From contig OY764265.1 of the NCBI GenBank assembly GCA_963668355.1, forward strand, positions 2,720,001 to 2,784,000: 64,000 nucleotides of DNA. The letters run 5' to 3'. The position numbers and the translations under genes were made by a program. Of the stretch, positions 1 to 9,882 are shown piece after piece. The stretch comes from Bdellovibrionota bacterium (GTDB lineage Bacteria; Bdellovibrionota_G; JALEGL01; DATDPG01). The number at the start of each line of letters is the position of its first letter. Within the stretch, counting starts at the first letter, position 1. Below the pieces are notes generated by a model. It worked only from the letters and a program-made list of their open reading frames with translations, was not told the DNA's origin and did no database searches.

Positions 1-44
1 ACCCGTTGGACCACATTTTGCCAACGGTCTTTCAGCGTATTCAT
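1..44 (-). CDS. 5' fragment of a gene running off the window edge, possibly a YggS-family PLP-binding protein (MNTLKDRWQNVVQR...)
   Basis: ATG at 44 overlaps the maf stop codon (ATGA). The N-terminus resembles YggS starts and maf-yggS adjacency is common. Only 14 codons are visible. Confidence 0.35.
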   Translation of the reverse strand, partial: MNTLKDRWQNVVQR

Positions 45-634
45 GCATCCTCTCCCAAGGCGCCCAAACGGATGAGCCCTTGCCGAACCTCGGCCAAAGG
101 AAGGCCGATGACATTGGAGTAGGACCCATGAATGGCTTTCACAAAAGCGCCGCCCGCAGATTGAATCCCGTACCCACCGGCTTTGTCGAAAGACTCTCCC
201 ACGGAAAGGTACCAATCCAGGTCGATTTCTGAAAAAGCGAGCATCTCGACTTCGGTCCCCACCGTTTCTTCCACAAAATTTCCAGCCCCATCTTCCAATC
301 GAAAGGCCGTAAACACGGTATGGGTCTTTCCTGCAAGCTCGCGAAGCATGTTCCGCGCTTCCTCTTTCCCCGCTGGCTTTCCAAAAGCCTTTTCCCCTAA
401 AGCCACGACCGTATCGGCCGCGAGACAAACCCCATCAAAGTCCGCTTCCAAGGCTTTTCGCACATGGGCCAGCTTTTCTCGGGCCACTTCCATCGCACGC
501 AACGCAGGGTCACCATGACAAGAAGATTCTTGAATATGGCTTGGGAACACCTCCAGGTTCAAACCCAGGAGGGAAAGCAAATCCCGGCGCCGGGGAGAAG
601 CAGAGGCCAAAATAATTCGTTTCAATTGCCGCAT
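41..634 (-). CDS. maf: Maf family nucleoside triphosphate pyrophosphatase
   Basis: ILASASPRRR, AADTVV, GKP, DKAGGYGIQ and GSYSNVIGLP motifs. Confidence 0.95.
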   Translation of the reverse strand: MRQLKRIILASASPRRRDLLSLLGLNLEVFPSHIQESSCHGDPALRAMEVAREKLAHVRKALEADFDGVCLAADTVVALGEKAFGKPAGKEEARNMLRELAGKTHTVFTAFRLEDGAGNFVEETVGTEVEMLAFSEIDLDWYLSVGESFDKAGGYGIQSAGGAFVKAIHGSYSNVIGLPLAEVRQGLIRLGALGEDA

Positions 635-744
635 GATGTTTTCGGCCGTTGGTATAGCGGACCTTCACCAAACTTGAAAGCCAGAGATCTCTGGAAAACA
701 CTTAGCTCGACAATAGGCCAACTAATTCATACACTTAAGCCTTC

Positions 745-1785
745 ATGGAAGGTCGAAAACTCTTAGACGAGCTCAAACGAACGGTCGATGCGCTGCAAAT
801 CTTCAGCGAAATCGGCAAAACCCTCACGTCCACTTTGGATATCACCGAAGTCCTTCGAATCGTCTTGCAACGAGTTTCGGAACTTCTTTATCCGACGAGC
901 TGGTCCCTTCTCTTTCTGGATCAAAACACGCAGGTTCTCCATTACGAAATTCTCATCAACGAACCCAGCGTTGATCGAAGCCAACCCATTCGTCTTGGCC
1001 AAGGGATCGCGGGATGGGTGGCCCAAACTGGAAAACCCATGATATGGCCCGACCCCACACCCAAACAAAAATATTCTCTTCCCAAAGACCTTGCCCCTCC
1101 GGAAGGAACCAAATCCATTTTGAGCGTTCCCTTGAGAAGTAAGGGGAATGTTCTGGGCGTGATCGATATTCGTAGGAAAGGTGACGAAGTGGCACAATTC
1201 TCCGAAGAAGATTTGGCCACGCTTTCGGCCATTTCGGACTATGCGGCCATTGCCATTGAAAACGCCCGAAACTTTCAACGGGTCGAAGAACTAACAATTA
1301 CGGATGATTTAACCACCCTCTACAATGTTCGATACATGCACTCTCTTCTGGACACGGAAATTCGAAGAGCTTCCCGTTATAAGAAGGAGTTCTCCATGAT
1401 CTTTTTTGATCTGGACCACTTCAAGCAGGTCAATGACACTTACGGACATATTCATGGCTCTCAGCTGCTGAGAGAGACGGCCGAAGTTCTTCAAGAACAA
1501 ATCCGAAAAGTAGATTTCGCAGCCCGTTACGGTGGAGACGAATTTGTGGTTCTCCTTCCTGAAACGAGCAAGAAAGAAGCCACAGCCATTGCCAAACGGA
1601 TTCGTGCCGCCATTGAAGACAATATTTTTCTTCAAGACAAAGGCATGAAAGTTCAATTCACAGCAAGCTTTGGGGTGGCCACGTTCCCGGAGGATGCAAA
1701 AACGAAAGATGACCTCATTCGAATGTCTGATGAGAGAATGTATAAAGTCAAAAACTCCACACGCAATAGCGTAATATCGGATTAG
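745..1785 (+). CDS. GAF-GGDEF diguanylate cyclase
   Basis: N-terminal GAF domain (GQGIAGWVA, AAIAIENAR). GGDEF is intact with DLDHFKQVNDTYGH and an RxxD I-site (RKVD). Confidence 0.93.
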   Translation: MEGRKLLDELKRTVDALQIFSEIGKTLTSTLDITEVLRIVLQRVSELLYPTSWSLLFLDQNTQVLHYEILINEPSVDRSQPIRLGQGIAGWVAQTGKPMIWPDPTPKQKYSLPKDLAPPEGTKSILSVPLRSKGNVLGVIDIRRKGDEVAQFSEEDLATLSAISDYAAIAIENARNFQRVEELTITDDLTTLYNVRYMHSLLDTEIRRASRYKKEFSMIFFDLDHFKQVNDTYGHIHGSQLLRETAEVLQEQIRKVDFAARYGGDEFVVLLPETSKKEATAIAKRIRAAIEDNIFLQDKGMKVQFTASFGVATFPEDAKTKDDLIRMSDERMYKVKNSTRNSVISD

Positions 1786-1791
1786 GTTCTT

Positions 1792-2730
1792 ATGCACGTT
1801 CTCGAAACCATTGTCCGACAGAAACTGAAAGATGCTCCCAAGGATTTCTCCGAGCCTTTTTTTTCACATCTTAGGGCTTCGGTAAAAGAGAAATCCTGCG
1901 CCATCTTGGCCTATGGGTCTTGCTTAAGCCAGGTGACCAAAACAGAGACTTCGGCCCCGGATTTCTTCGTTCTGGTGGATCGCTACAAAACGTTTTACTC
2001 CTCCTGGCTCCATCGAGGACTGAATCATATTTTGCCTCCAAACATTTATCATTTCACAATCAACAAACACACCGCCAAATATAATGTGATCAGCATCCCC
2101 GCCCTCAACAAACACACTTCTAAGAACGCAAAGGACTCTTATCTCGTTGGCCGTTTTTCAAAACGAATGGCCCTGCTCTTTTCCAAGGATGACCGAACGG
2201 AAGATGAAGTGGTCATGGCGCAGGCCAGGGCCATGCGAACGGCTGCCAAACGAACGTACCCGCTTCTTCCAAAATTTTTCTCACTTCAAGATTTTGCCAA
2301 AGCCTCCATTCGATTGAGCTACCTTGGAGATGTTCGGGTTGAAGCGAATGATAAAATCGACCGAATCTTTACCGCTGAAAAAGAGTTCTACGAACAAGCC
2401 TACGAAACCATTTTGGAGGAAATGAAAGAGGCCCCCTTTTACCTTCAATCCGGGCAAACGCCTCAAACCTATGAAAAAGTATCCAAGGGTTTTTCCGATG
2501 CGGTCGATCGTTGGAAAACAAAACTTTTTCTTTCCAGAAGTCGTCTGAGAGCTCAGTTACGCTGGCCCAAAGGCATTTTCACCGTAGACAACTGGATCGA
2601 CTATCTCATTCATAAAATTGAACGAACCAAGGGAATCACAATCGAACTGACTCCGAAACAACGAAAGTATTGGTATATCTTTGGTTGGAAGGTGTTTTTT
2701 TCTTTACGAAAACAAAAGCTGATCAAATAG
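1792..2730 (+). CDS. Tam41/Mmp37-like nucleotidyltransferase (putative CDP-diacylglycerol synthase)
   Basis: AYGS...DFFVLVD, KYNVIS, YLVGRFSK and LSYLGDVRVE match Tam41 family motifs in the expected order. Confidence 0.65.
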   Translation: MHVLETIVRQKLKDAPKDFSEPFFSHLRASVKEKSCAILAYGSCLSQVTKTETSAPDFFVLVDRYKTFYSSWLHRGLNHILPPNIYHFTINKHTAKYNVISIPALNKHTSKNAKDSYLVGRFSKRMALLFSKDDRTEDEVVMAQARAMRTAAKRTYPLLPKFFSLQDFAKASIRLSYLGDVRVEANDKIDRIFTAEKEFYEQAYETILEEMKEAPFYLQSGQTPQTYEKVSKGFSDAVDRWKTKLFLSRSRLRAQLRWPKGIFTVDNWIDYLIHKIERTKGITIELTPKQRKYWYIFGWKVFFSLRKQKLIK

Positions 2731-2741
2731 GAAGGCTCATT

Positions 2742-3557
2742 ATGTTTAATGGAAAAAAGATTGGATTTATTGGCTCGGGTAACATGGCCAGCGCACTCGT
2801 TTCAGGCTTGCTGAAAGGAAAGCATGTTCAAGCAGATCAAATCGTGGCGTCTGACCGCGACCCTAACAAGACCCAGCGTTTTGCAGAGCGTTTTCACGTT
2901 TCCGTGACCCAAGACAACGCTTCCGTTGTGGAAAATTCGGACATCATTGTGATTGCGGTAAAACCCCAAGTCATTGACAAAGTCATGTTGGAGATCGGCA
3001 AAACGTTCACCAAAGAAAAACTTCTCATTTCCATTGCAGCCGGAGTCAAAACCTCACACTTAGAAAAACAACTCCCTTCCGGCGGACATGTTATTCGAGT
3101 CATGCCAAACATTGCGGCGATGGTAGATGCTGCCGCAAGTGCACTTTCCGTTGGGGCACAGGCCACACAGGATGATTTAACTTTGGCCTTGGGAATTTTC
3201 AACGCCGTCGGAAAATGCGTCGTCGTAGACGAAGAACAATTGGATGCCGTGACAGGCCTTTCTGGGAGTGGCCCTGCCTACATCTTCCTCATGATCGACT
3301 CCATGGCAGACGCCGGAGTCAAAGTCGGCTTAAATCGTGAAAACGCGCTTCTTCTGGCCTCTCAAACCGTCTTTGGAGCTGCGAAATACCTCATGGAAAG
3401 TGGAGAACATCCTGGAAGACTCAAAGACATGGTCACTTCGCCCGGAGGCACAGCCATTGCGGGCATTCATACGTTAGAACAAGGGGGCTTACGAACCACT
3501 CTCATCAATGCTGTCGAAGCGGCCACCAAACGGTCCCAAGAACTGGGAGAAAAATAA
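2742..3557 (+). CDS. proC: pyrroline-5-carboxylate reductase
   Basis: IGFIGSGNMA, AVKPQ, RVMPN, GSGPAY, SPGGT. Start moved to ATG 2742 after a GAAGG RBS. Confidence 0.96.
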   Translation: MFNGKKIGFIGSGNMASALVSGLLKGKHVQADQIVASDRDPNKTQRFAERFHVSVTQDNASVVENSDIIVIAVKPQVIDKVMLEIGKTFTKEKLLISIAAGVKTSHLEKQLPSGGHVIRVMPNIAAMVDAAASALSVGAQATQDDLTLALGIFNAVGKCVVVDEEQLDAVTGLSGSGPAYIFLMIDSMADAGVKVGLNRENALLLASQTVFGAAKYLMESGEHPGRLKDMVTSPGGTAIAGIHTLEQGGLRTTLINAVEAATKRSQELGEK

Positions 3558-3562
3558 GCCCT

Positions 3563-4813
3563 TTACGCAGATAGTTTGAGTTCTTTCACATCTCTTCCGG
3601 AAGGAAGTTGAAACGGGGCCAAACCAAACTCAGGCAAAACCGCCAAAATATGATCAAAGATGTCGGCCTGGATGGCTTCATAGTTCGCCCAAACTTGATC
3701 GTTGCTAAAAACATAGACTTCAACCGGAATTCCATTTTGAGACGGAGGCAACTGCCGAACCAAAAACGTCAAACTCTGATGGATTTTTGGATGATGCTTC
3801 AGGTAAGCAATTAAATAGGCACGAAACGTCCCTAAGTTGGTCATTCGACGACCATTCACCGGCTGAGAGTCATCGATGCCTTGCGACGAATTCCACTCCT
3901 TAAGTTCCTTTTCCTTGGCCTCCACATAGGGTTTAAGAAATTTTATCTGTCGGAATTTTTCAATCATATCGGAATCACAAAAACGGACCGTCGCCATATC
4001 AATTTGAATCGATCGTTTGATCCGCCGACCTCCAGACTCAGACATTCCGCGCCAATTTCGAAACGAACTGGAAATCAGTGCATAGGTAGGAATCGTCGTG
4101 ATGGTTTTATCCCAATTCTGAACTTTGATGGTGGTTAGGGATACATCAATTACGTCTCCATCCGCCCCATACTGGGACATTTCAATCCAATCCCCTTCTC
4201 GAACCATATCCAAGGTTGCAATTTGGATGCTCGCCACAAACCCCAGAATGGCGTCTTTGAACACCAACATGAGAACCGCTGTCATGGCACCCAAACCACT
4301 CACAAATATCCACGGGGAGCGGTTCAACAGGGTCGTTAGGATGAAGATTCCAGCCACCAAGAACACAAAAATCTTTACGGCTTGGACATAACTCTTGATC
4401 GGTTTGTCCCGTGTTTTTTCATATTGGTGCGAAATCGAAACCACGGAATTCAAAACCGAAAAAATCACGAGGGTTCCGAGAAAAATTGTATACCCCACCG
4501 TGAGCCGTAACAGCATGGTTTCAGCATAGGGATAGCCTGCACATAACATCGGAACCATAAGATAGAAGACGATGGCCGGAACAATGTGTGCCAAACGATG
4601 AAAGGTCTTCTTCTCAACCAGCGTATCGTCCCATTGGGTCCGCGTACGACCTGCGAAGGAAGCTACAATTCTTAGGAGAATTCTCTTAGCGATTGTATTC
4701 GCCACCCAACAAAGAATGACGATGGTTACAAACAGAAAAATCCGCGCGAGAAAGCCCGTGAACTGGGCGTTGATTCCTAAATCGGCCAAAGCCGAAGAAA
4801 TCGCATCCAACAT
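3563..4813 (-). CDS. MscS-family mechanosensitive channel (YbdG-like)
   Basis: GDWIEM..YGADGDVIDVSLTTIKVQNWDKT, NWRGMSESGGRRIKRSI. Confidence 0.93.
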   Translation of the reverse strand: MLDAISSALADLGINAQFTGFLARIFLFVTIVILCWVANTIAKRILLRIVASFAGRTRTQWDDTLVEKKTFHRLAHIVPAIVFYLMVPMLCAGYPYAETMLLRLTVGYTIFLGTLVIFSVLNSVVSISHQYEKTRDKPIKSYVQAVKIFVFLVAGIFILTTLLNRSPWIFVSGLGAMTAVLMLVFKDAILGFVASIQIATLDMVREGDWIEMSQYGADGDVIDVSLTTIKVQNWDKTITTIPTYALISSSFRNWRGMSESGGRRIKRSIQIDMATVRFCDSDMIEKFRQIKFLKPYVEAKEKELKEWNSSQGIDDSQPVNGRRMTNLGTFRAYLIAYLKHHPKIHQSLTFLVRQLPPSQNGIPVEVYVFSNDQVWANYEAIQADIFDHILAVLPEFGLAPFQLPSGRDVKELKLSA

Positions 4814-4830
4814 GATTTACTCCGAATGCC

Positions 4831-4938
4831 TTAAGACATTCTCTGTTGGCGTTTTTGTTCCTTCTTTTTGAGCTTGGCGCGATGCTTAGCGGTTTTTTTG
4901 CTTTTCTTTTTTACTTTTTTTGTTTTTTTAATAGCCAT
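4831..4938 (-). CDS. 35-aa extremely Lys/Arg-rich peptide (MAIKKTKKVKKKSKKTAKHRAKLKKKEQKRQQRMS)
   Basis: Open ATG-to-TAA frame filling the truA-mscS gap, co-oriented with both neighbours. TAGAAT lies 7 nt upstream. Below the ORF-track cutoff. Confidence 0.6.
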   Translation of the reverse strand: MAIKKTKKVKKKSKKTAKHRAKLKKKEQKRQQRMS

Positions 4939-5010
4939 GGGCCTGATTCTACAGATGTCTTACCCCTGGACCAGCATATTTTTTTGCTTCAAGTCGCTTT
5001 CCGTTCCCAT

Positions 5011-5781
5011 CTAGTAGAGAACTTTCCAAAGAAAGAGGCCTTGGGGAGGCGCTGCCATACCGGCTTTTCTTCGATCTTTGGACTCCAAAATCGTTCGAAT
5101 TTCTTCCGCCTTCCGCTTTCCCTGGCCCACCTCGACCAAGGTACCAACCATGTTTCGCACCATATGTTTTAAAAACCCCTCACCCCGAATTTCAAAGCAA
5201 AGGGTTTTCAAGGGACCGTTCTTCCATTCGACAGAAAGGATTTTTCGGGTCGATGTTTTGGTCTGGGAATTGGTAGCACGAAAAGAGGTAAAGTCATGAG
5301 CGCCCACAAAAATCTCAGAAGCTTCTTTCATCCTGGGTAAATCGAGGGCAAAAGGAAGCGTCCACGAGTAATTCCGCAGAAACACCAAGGGCTCATTTCC
5401 AATTTGAAAAAAATAACGATACGTTTTCTCCTTAGCATCCGCAGTAGCATGGAATGAGAGATCCACTTCTCGGGCTCTTAGAACACGTATTTCCGAAGGC
5501 AACAAAGTGTTGGTCCCTCGAACAAAGGCATGAACCGGTGTCGTAGATTCCGTGAGAGAAAAAGACGCGACCTGGTGATGTGCATGAACGCCTGCATCTG
5601 TGCGACTGGCTCCAACCAAAGAAATCCTTTCATTGGCCACCTTGGAAAGCGCCTTTTCCAACAAACCTTGGACCGACAGCCCTTTTGCTTGGCGTTGCCA
5701 ACCCACGTAAGGGCCACCGTCATATTGCAAATCGATTCGAATGGTCCGTGTGGATCCTTTTGGGGGTCCTTTTCGTTTCAC
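5011..5781 (-). CDS. truA: tRNA pseudouridine(38-40) synthase
   Basis: YDG..Y.GWQRQ, GASRTDAGVHA, GFLKHMVR, AAPPQGLFL. Confidence 0.96.
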   Translation of the reverse strand: MKRKGPPKGSTRTIRIDLQYDGGPYVGWQRQAKGLSVQGLLEKALSKVANERISLVGASRTDAGVHAHHQVASFSLTESTTPVHAFVRGTNTLLPSEIRVLRAREVDLSFHATADAKEKTYRYFFQIGNEPLVFLRNYSWTLPFALDLPRMKEASEIFVGAHDFTSFRATNSQTKTSTRKILSVEWKNGPLKTLCFEIRGEGFLKHMVRNMVGTLVEVGQGKRKAEEIRTILESKDRRKAGMAAPPQGLFLWKVLY

Positions 5782-5790
5782 GTCTTCCCC

Positions 5791-8256
5791 TTAAAACTCG
5801 ATCCCAAGTCCCGGAGAAAACATCCATCCTCCAAAATCCAATCCGGAAGAAAATTGATGCATATATTGAGCAAGAGCTTCCAAAAAAAATGCCTTCACGC
5901 CCATGAGTTCTTCCATGTCTCCCCCAAAACCCAATTCATTCAAATGAAGACGCAACCCGGCTGCGCCCAATACACTATGTTTGATTCCGCTCTCAGACCG
6001 ATTGGCCTGGCTGGCCTTGAACCACCCAAAATCGTATCCCGCCCTAAGCATAGGAGAAACCGGGCCCAGCCAAGAGATTGAAAGAGCGTATTGGGCGGAC
6101 ATGGTGATCGGAACTCGCGTTAACCTCATGGACTCGCCACTCGCGCGCCCCGAAGAAACACCCTGCATGGAGGATGTCTCGGTCATGACGCCACTCTCCA
6201 CCCCAAGATCTAGCCCCTTCCACCCAAAACCAGCTCGTAGCAAAAAATGCTCATTTCCTTTTTTGCCATAGAACTCCTCAATGGCGGTCGAATGGGGAAG
6301 CCACCACCCAACCCGAAAGGCAATGGAAGAATGAAAAGAATTGGAATTTCGGGGCTTCAGGATATGAGCCTCCTGAGCATAAAGAGAGGGGATGATCAGA
6401 AATGAAAAAAGGACAAACCCCATTCCGTAAAAACGCGCCCTTTTCAAAACCCAAAACCAAACAGAGCAAAGAAAAAGCCAAAAAGGCGAGACGCCTTCTC
6501 GACTTTGACACCCCCCGTGTTCCTCGACCACATCCAACAAACCTTGCGTTTCTTCGGCCGTTTCGGACAAAACGGAAGTCGATTCGCTTACGTTCCCTCG
6601 CTCATCCACAGCAACCAAACGCACAAAAACTTCCGTCCCGTTCGGTATGGGAGAGAGGATTTCTTCCATTTCACCCGTGCCTGTATGAGTAACCTGTCGA
6701 GGAGAGGAAAGAGACCCAATCCCACCTTCGGCGTCGCTCGTGGAACCAAAATAAAGCAGGTAATGGTCCATGTCTGAAGCTTCAACTCCATCCCATCTCA
6801 CATAAATTTTTTCATCCCCAAAAGCCAAACTGAAGTTGTCAGGGGTTGCGGGGACTGTATCCAAATACACTTCAATGCTTCCATGCCCAAGCAAGTCCCC
6901 GTTTTCGACAAAAAAACTGAGTGTGTTCCCCCCTTCCTCAAACGTGTCGGTTGGGACTGTGATCGTTGTTTCAACATCTGCCGTAATCGATTGGGAGGTG
7001 AGAAGCGTTCCATTTGTCGGGGAAATCACCTCGTCTTCCTCTCCCAAATAACGATATACTTTCAATGAACCGCTCTTGGACGAGGAACAAACCACTTCAA
7101 TTTCACCGTCACTGACGTATCCCTCAGGAGACGAAACAAACGTAAGAAAAGGCTGGTCCGTCACGATGGAAATCTTTTGATCTGTTTCGTTCAAAGCGAA
7201 GAGATATCCGGAAGCGTCCGAGGTCGATATCAAACCTCGAATGGGGACGTTTTCAATTCCTTCCAGGGTATCCAGGGCTTCTGTCACCCCCGAAGCTCCC
7301 ACATCATCCCCATCAAAGATTGAGAGTGTATCGTCTCCCGAATTGGACACATAAAGATAAATATCGCTTTCATCTTCATCATCCAAAGACCTTTGGACGG
7401 GGATCAATAAAAGACTTCTGGGCGTGTCTCCAACAAGAAGCGGATCCAGATTCGCTGTGTTCGGGTTGGAATCGTATAGGGCTAGGGAAAAGGTGTTGTC
7501 GGTCATATCCACCAAAAAGACTTCTCCCTCTTCCAGGGAATTGACGACGAATCCAAATGTCCCCGTGTTCAAATCTCCCATATGGAGCGCTGAAAAGGAT
7601 TCGGTGTCCGTATAGGCCCCCATATCCAGATCCCCGCCGACTTGAGAAAGAGAACTGAGGAGATAGGTCACAAATTGACCTTCCTCACTCAACAGAGCCA
7701 CACGCAAATGGTCCGGAGTCAATCCCATTCCCACCGGAACAAAGTCCAGCTGGACGTACGCCTCTCCTCCGTCTCCCTGCAACTCTTCGGTTTCGATGTC
7801 ATAGACATAAAGACGCTCCTGTCCCTCATCCACCAAAAGGAGTTGATCTCCCCCGCTTAGACGAGCCAATTCCATATGCTCGAACGTAACCGCGCTTGTG
7901 CCGATGGAAATCGTTTCGGCTTCAACGGGATCGGAAAACGCATCTTCAAGATCAAAAACATAAACCACATCGGCATTGCTGGTCAGGACATAAAGACTTA
8001 GTCCATCATCGCTGATCTCAATCCCTCGGGGGGTTCCGATGGTGGAAAATGTAGAAATTTCTGAAAAGGTAAGCAAATCAACAATCGAAACTTGGGCGCT
8101 CGTAGCGTCCATCAAGTACAAAAATCTCTCGCTTGCACTGAATACGCCTTGACTGGGGGAAATCGAAAGGTTGATTTCTCCAACTTTCTCGTCCGGAAAA
8201 GCCCAGGAACAGAGGGGCATCCATAAGATCGCCAGAAATATTCCGAATCTTTTCAT
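5791..8256 (-). CDS. exported multidomain protein: YVTN-like beta-propeller, FN3-like domain, internal GGC-CTERM-like segment, C-terminal outer-membrane beta-barrel
   Basis: Signal peptide MKRFGIFLAILWMPLCSWA, propeller repeats (PRGIEISDDG..LYV, YVSNSGDDTLSIFD), FN3-like W...Y.LYFG...VAVDERGN.S, and a barrel ending GLGIEF. Confidence 0.75.
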   Translation of the reverse strand: MKRFGIFLAILWMPLCSWAFPDEKVGEINLSISPSQGVFSASERFLYLMDATSAQVSIVDLLTFSEISTFSTIGTPRGIEISDDGLSLYVLTSNADVVYVFDLEDAFSDPVEAETISIGTSAVTFEHMELARLSGGDQLLLVDEGQERLYVYDIETEELQGDGGEAYVQLDFVPVGMGLTPDHLRVALLSEEGQFVTYLLSSLSQVGGDLDMGAYTDTESFSALHMGDLNTGTFGFVVNSLEEGEVFLVDMTDNTFSLALYDSNPNTANLDPLLVGDTPRSLLLIPVQRSLDDEDESDIYLYVSNSGDDTLSIFDGDDVGASGVTEALDTLEGIENVPIRGLISTSDASGYLFALNETDQKISIVTDQPFLTFVSSPEGYVSDGEIEVVCSSSKSGSLKVYRYLGEEDEVISPTNGTLLTSQSITADVETTITVPTDTFEEGGNTLSFFVENGDLLGHGSIEVYLDTVPATPDNFSLAFGDEKIYVRWDGVEASDMDHYLLYFGSTSDAEGGIGSLSSPRQVTHTGTGEMEEILSPIPNGTEVFVRLVAVDERGNVSESTSVLSETAEETQGLLDVVEEHGGCQSREGVSPFWLFLCSVWFWVLKRARFYGMGFVLFSFLIIPSLYAQEAHILKPRNSNSFHSSIAFRVGWWLPHSTAIEEFYGKKGNEHFLLRAGFGWKGLDLGVESGVMTETSSMQGVSSGRASGESMRLTRVPITMSAQYALSISWLGPVSPMLRAGYDFGWFKASQANRSESGIKHSVLGAAGLRLHLNELGFGGDMEELMGVKAFFLEALAQYMHQFSSGLDFGGWMFSPGLGIEF

Positions 8257-8311
8257 GCGTTCGAGCCCGATCATAACACAGCCCCCCTCCAGTTTTGCTA
8301 TAATGATGTTC

Positions 8312-8800
8312 ATGAAGTCGATACACGTGTTTTCTTGTCTCTCTCTATTTTTGCTGTCTCTGACCGGTTGTGCCCAACAGATCATCTATGCCACGGCCAC
8401 GGCGGAAATTTCCGAGCCTTCCGTCTATGCCCAATTAAATTTCACCACATTCACACAACCAGCCGCCTCAGGAGGAAGTGGCGATAGCAACCTTCGCATG
8501 AGATTTGGGAACGATGGAGGAGATCAACTGGACCTTGTTTTAGAGCCCGTCAATGGAGGTTTTCCAACTACCACGTATTACATCACGTCTTCTGGCCCTA
8601 GCCTTTCCTTTACCGCCTATTCAAACGGACAACCCGTCCCACTGAATCTCACCATCGACGAAGGGTTCATCAATTTGAACGTCATCTCGATTGTGGAAGG
8701 AATTGTGACCCGAGCCGAAGGCGAATTCCATCTGAATTTTGCCGACCCAAACAACGGATCTATTGTAGGGACATTTGTATACGCCACTCCGGCCGCTTAA
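8312..8800 (+). CDS. hypothetical lipoprotein
   Basis: Lipobox LTGC after a hydrophobic stretch. TGcTATAAT lies 7 nt upstream of ATG 8312. Confidence 0.75.
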   Translation: MKSIHVFSCLSLFLLSLTGCAQQIIYATATAEISEPSVYAQLNFTTFTQPAASGGSGDSNLRMRFGNDGGDQLDLVLEPVNGGFPTTTYYITSSGPSLSFTAYSNGQPVPLNLTIDEGFINLNVISIVEGIVTRAEGEFHLNFADPNNGSIVGTFVYATPAA

Positions 8801-9843
8801 GAGCCCTTTGGAGACAGAACCGTTGGGGCCAGTCGTTCCATGATTTGAATCCCATTGAGGGCAGCACCTTTCCTAAGATTGTCGCCCACAACCCAGAGAT
8901 TGAAACAATGGCTTCGGGAACCGTCCTCACGAATTCGCCCAACATAGACATCGTCCTTTCCCACGACATCAATCAAGTCGGGATAGGATTCCGTATTCGG
9001 ATTATCCAATAGCGCGACCCCTTCACTTTCGCCAATCCAGGTTCGAACCTGATCCAAAGAAGTTTCTTTTTTCAGTTCGACATTGATGGAAGCCGCATGT
9101 CCATGAAACGTAGGGACGCGAACGGCTGTGGCCGTTACTCCCAAGGAATCGTCAGCAAAGATTTTTTTCATTTCTTCACAAATTTTTTCCTCTTCTCCGG
9201 AATCTCCTTTGGAATTCAAAACGCCAATAAGGGGAAGTAAATTGAAAGCAATTCTTTTGGAAAAAACTTCCGTTTTAATCTCACGGCACCCAAACAGATC
9301 CATGACCTGACTGGAAAGCTCATCCATGGCCTTGCGGCCTGCACCGGATGTCGATTGATAGGTTGAAACCACCACGCGAGAGATGCCCACATTTTTTTGA
9401 AGAGACGCCAAAGCCATCACGATTTGAATGGCGGCACAATTTGGATTCGCGATAACTCCCCTGGGAGGCAATTCTCCCAACAGATATCCATTCACTTCAG
9501 GAATCACCAACGGAACATCTTTTTCCATTCGGAAAGAGGACGTATTATCCACTACCCAAGCCCCGGCCTTCACGGCGATTGGAACCCACTCGCGACTGAC
9601 CGTGGAACCTGCAGTAAAAAAAGCAAAGTCTGCCCCTTGAAAAACTTCCGGAGTAAGTGGATCAACAGGAAGCATTTTCTTTCCGAATTCCACCGTTTGG
9701 TCTTTGGAGCGGCTTGAAGCCACCGCACGAAGTTCTCCAATCGGAAAACCTCTCTCAAAAAGAATGTTCAGAGCCTCTTTACCGACCGCGCCGGTGGCCC
9801 CCACAACGACAACGGTAAATCCATCTTTTGCTTTTTCTGCCAT
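8797..9843 (-). CDS. asd: aspartate-semialdehyde dehydrogenase
   Basis: VVGATGAVG, DNTSSFRM, IANPNC, STYQSTSGAG, DNLRKGAALN. Confidence 0.97.
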   Translation of the reverse strand: MAEKAKDGFTVVVVGATGAVGKEALNILFERGFPIGELRAVASSRSKDQTVEFGKKMLPVDPLTPEVFQGADFAFFTAGSTVSREWVPIAVKAGAWVVDNTSSFRMEKDVPLVIPEVNGYLLGELPPRGVIANPNCAAIQIVMALASLQKNVGISRVVVSTYQSTSGAGRKAMDELSSQVMDLFGCREIKTEVFSKRIAFNLLPLIGVLNSKGDSGEEEKICEEMKKIFADDSLGVTATAVRVPTFHGHAASINVELKKETSLDQVRTWIGESEGVALLDNPNTESYPDLIDVVGKDDVYVGRIREDGSRSHCFNLWVVGDNLRKGAALNGIQIMERLAPTVLSPKGS

Positions 9844-9882
9844 AGGGGGCAGACCATAGCGAAAAGCAGGATTCAGGACAAA

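Noticed and set aside
4846..5172. 108-aa Phe-rich plus-strand ORF
   Set aside because: It is the antisense shadow of the Lys-rich peptide and the truA 3' end.
8257..8385. Overlapping N-terminal extensions of the divergent ORFs 5791-8385 and 8171-8800
   Set aside because: Signal peptides place the true starts at 8256 and 8312, removing the overlap.
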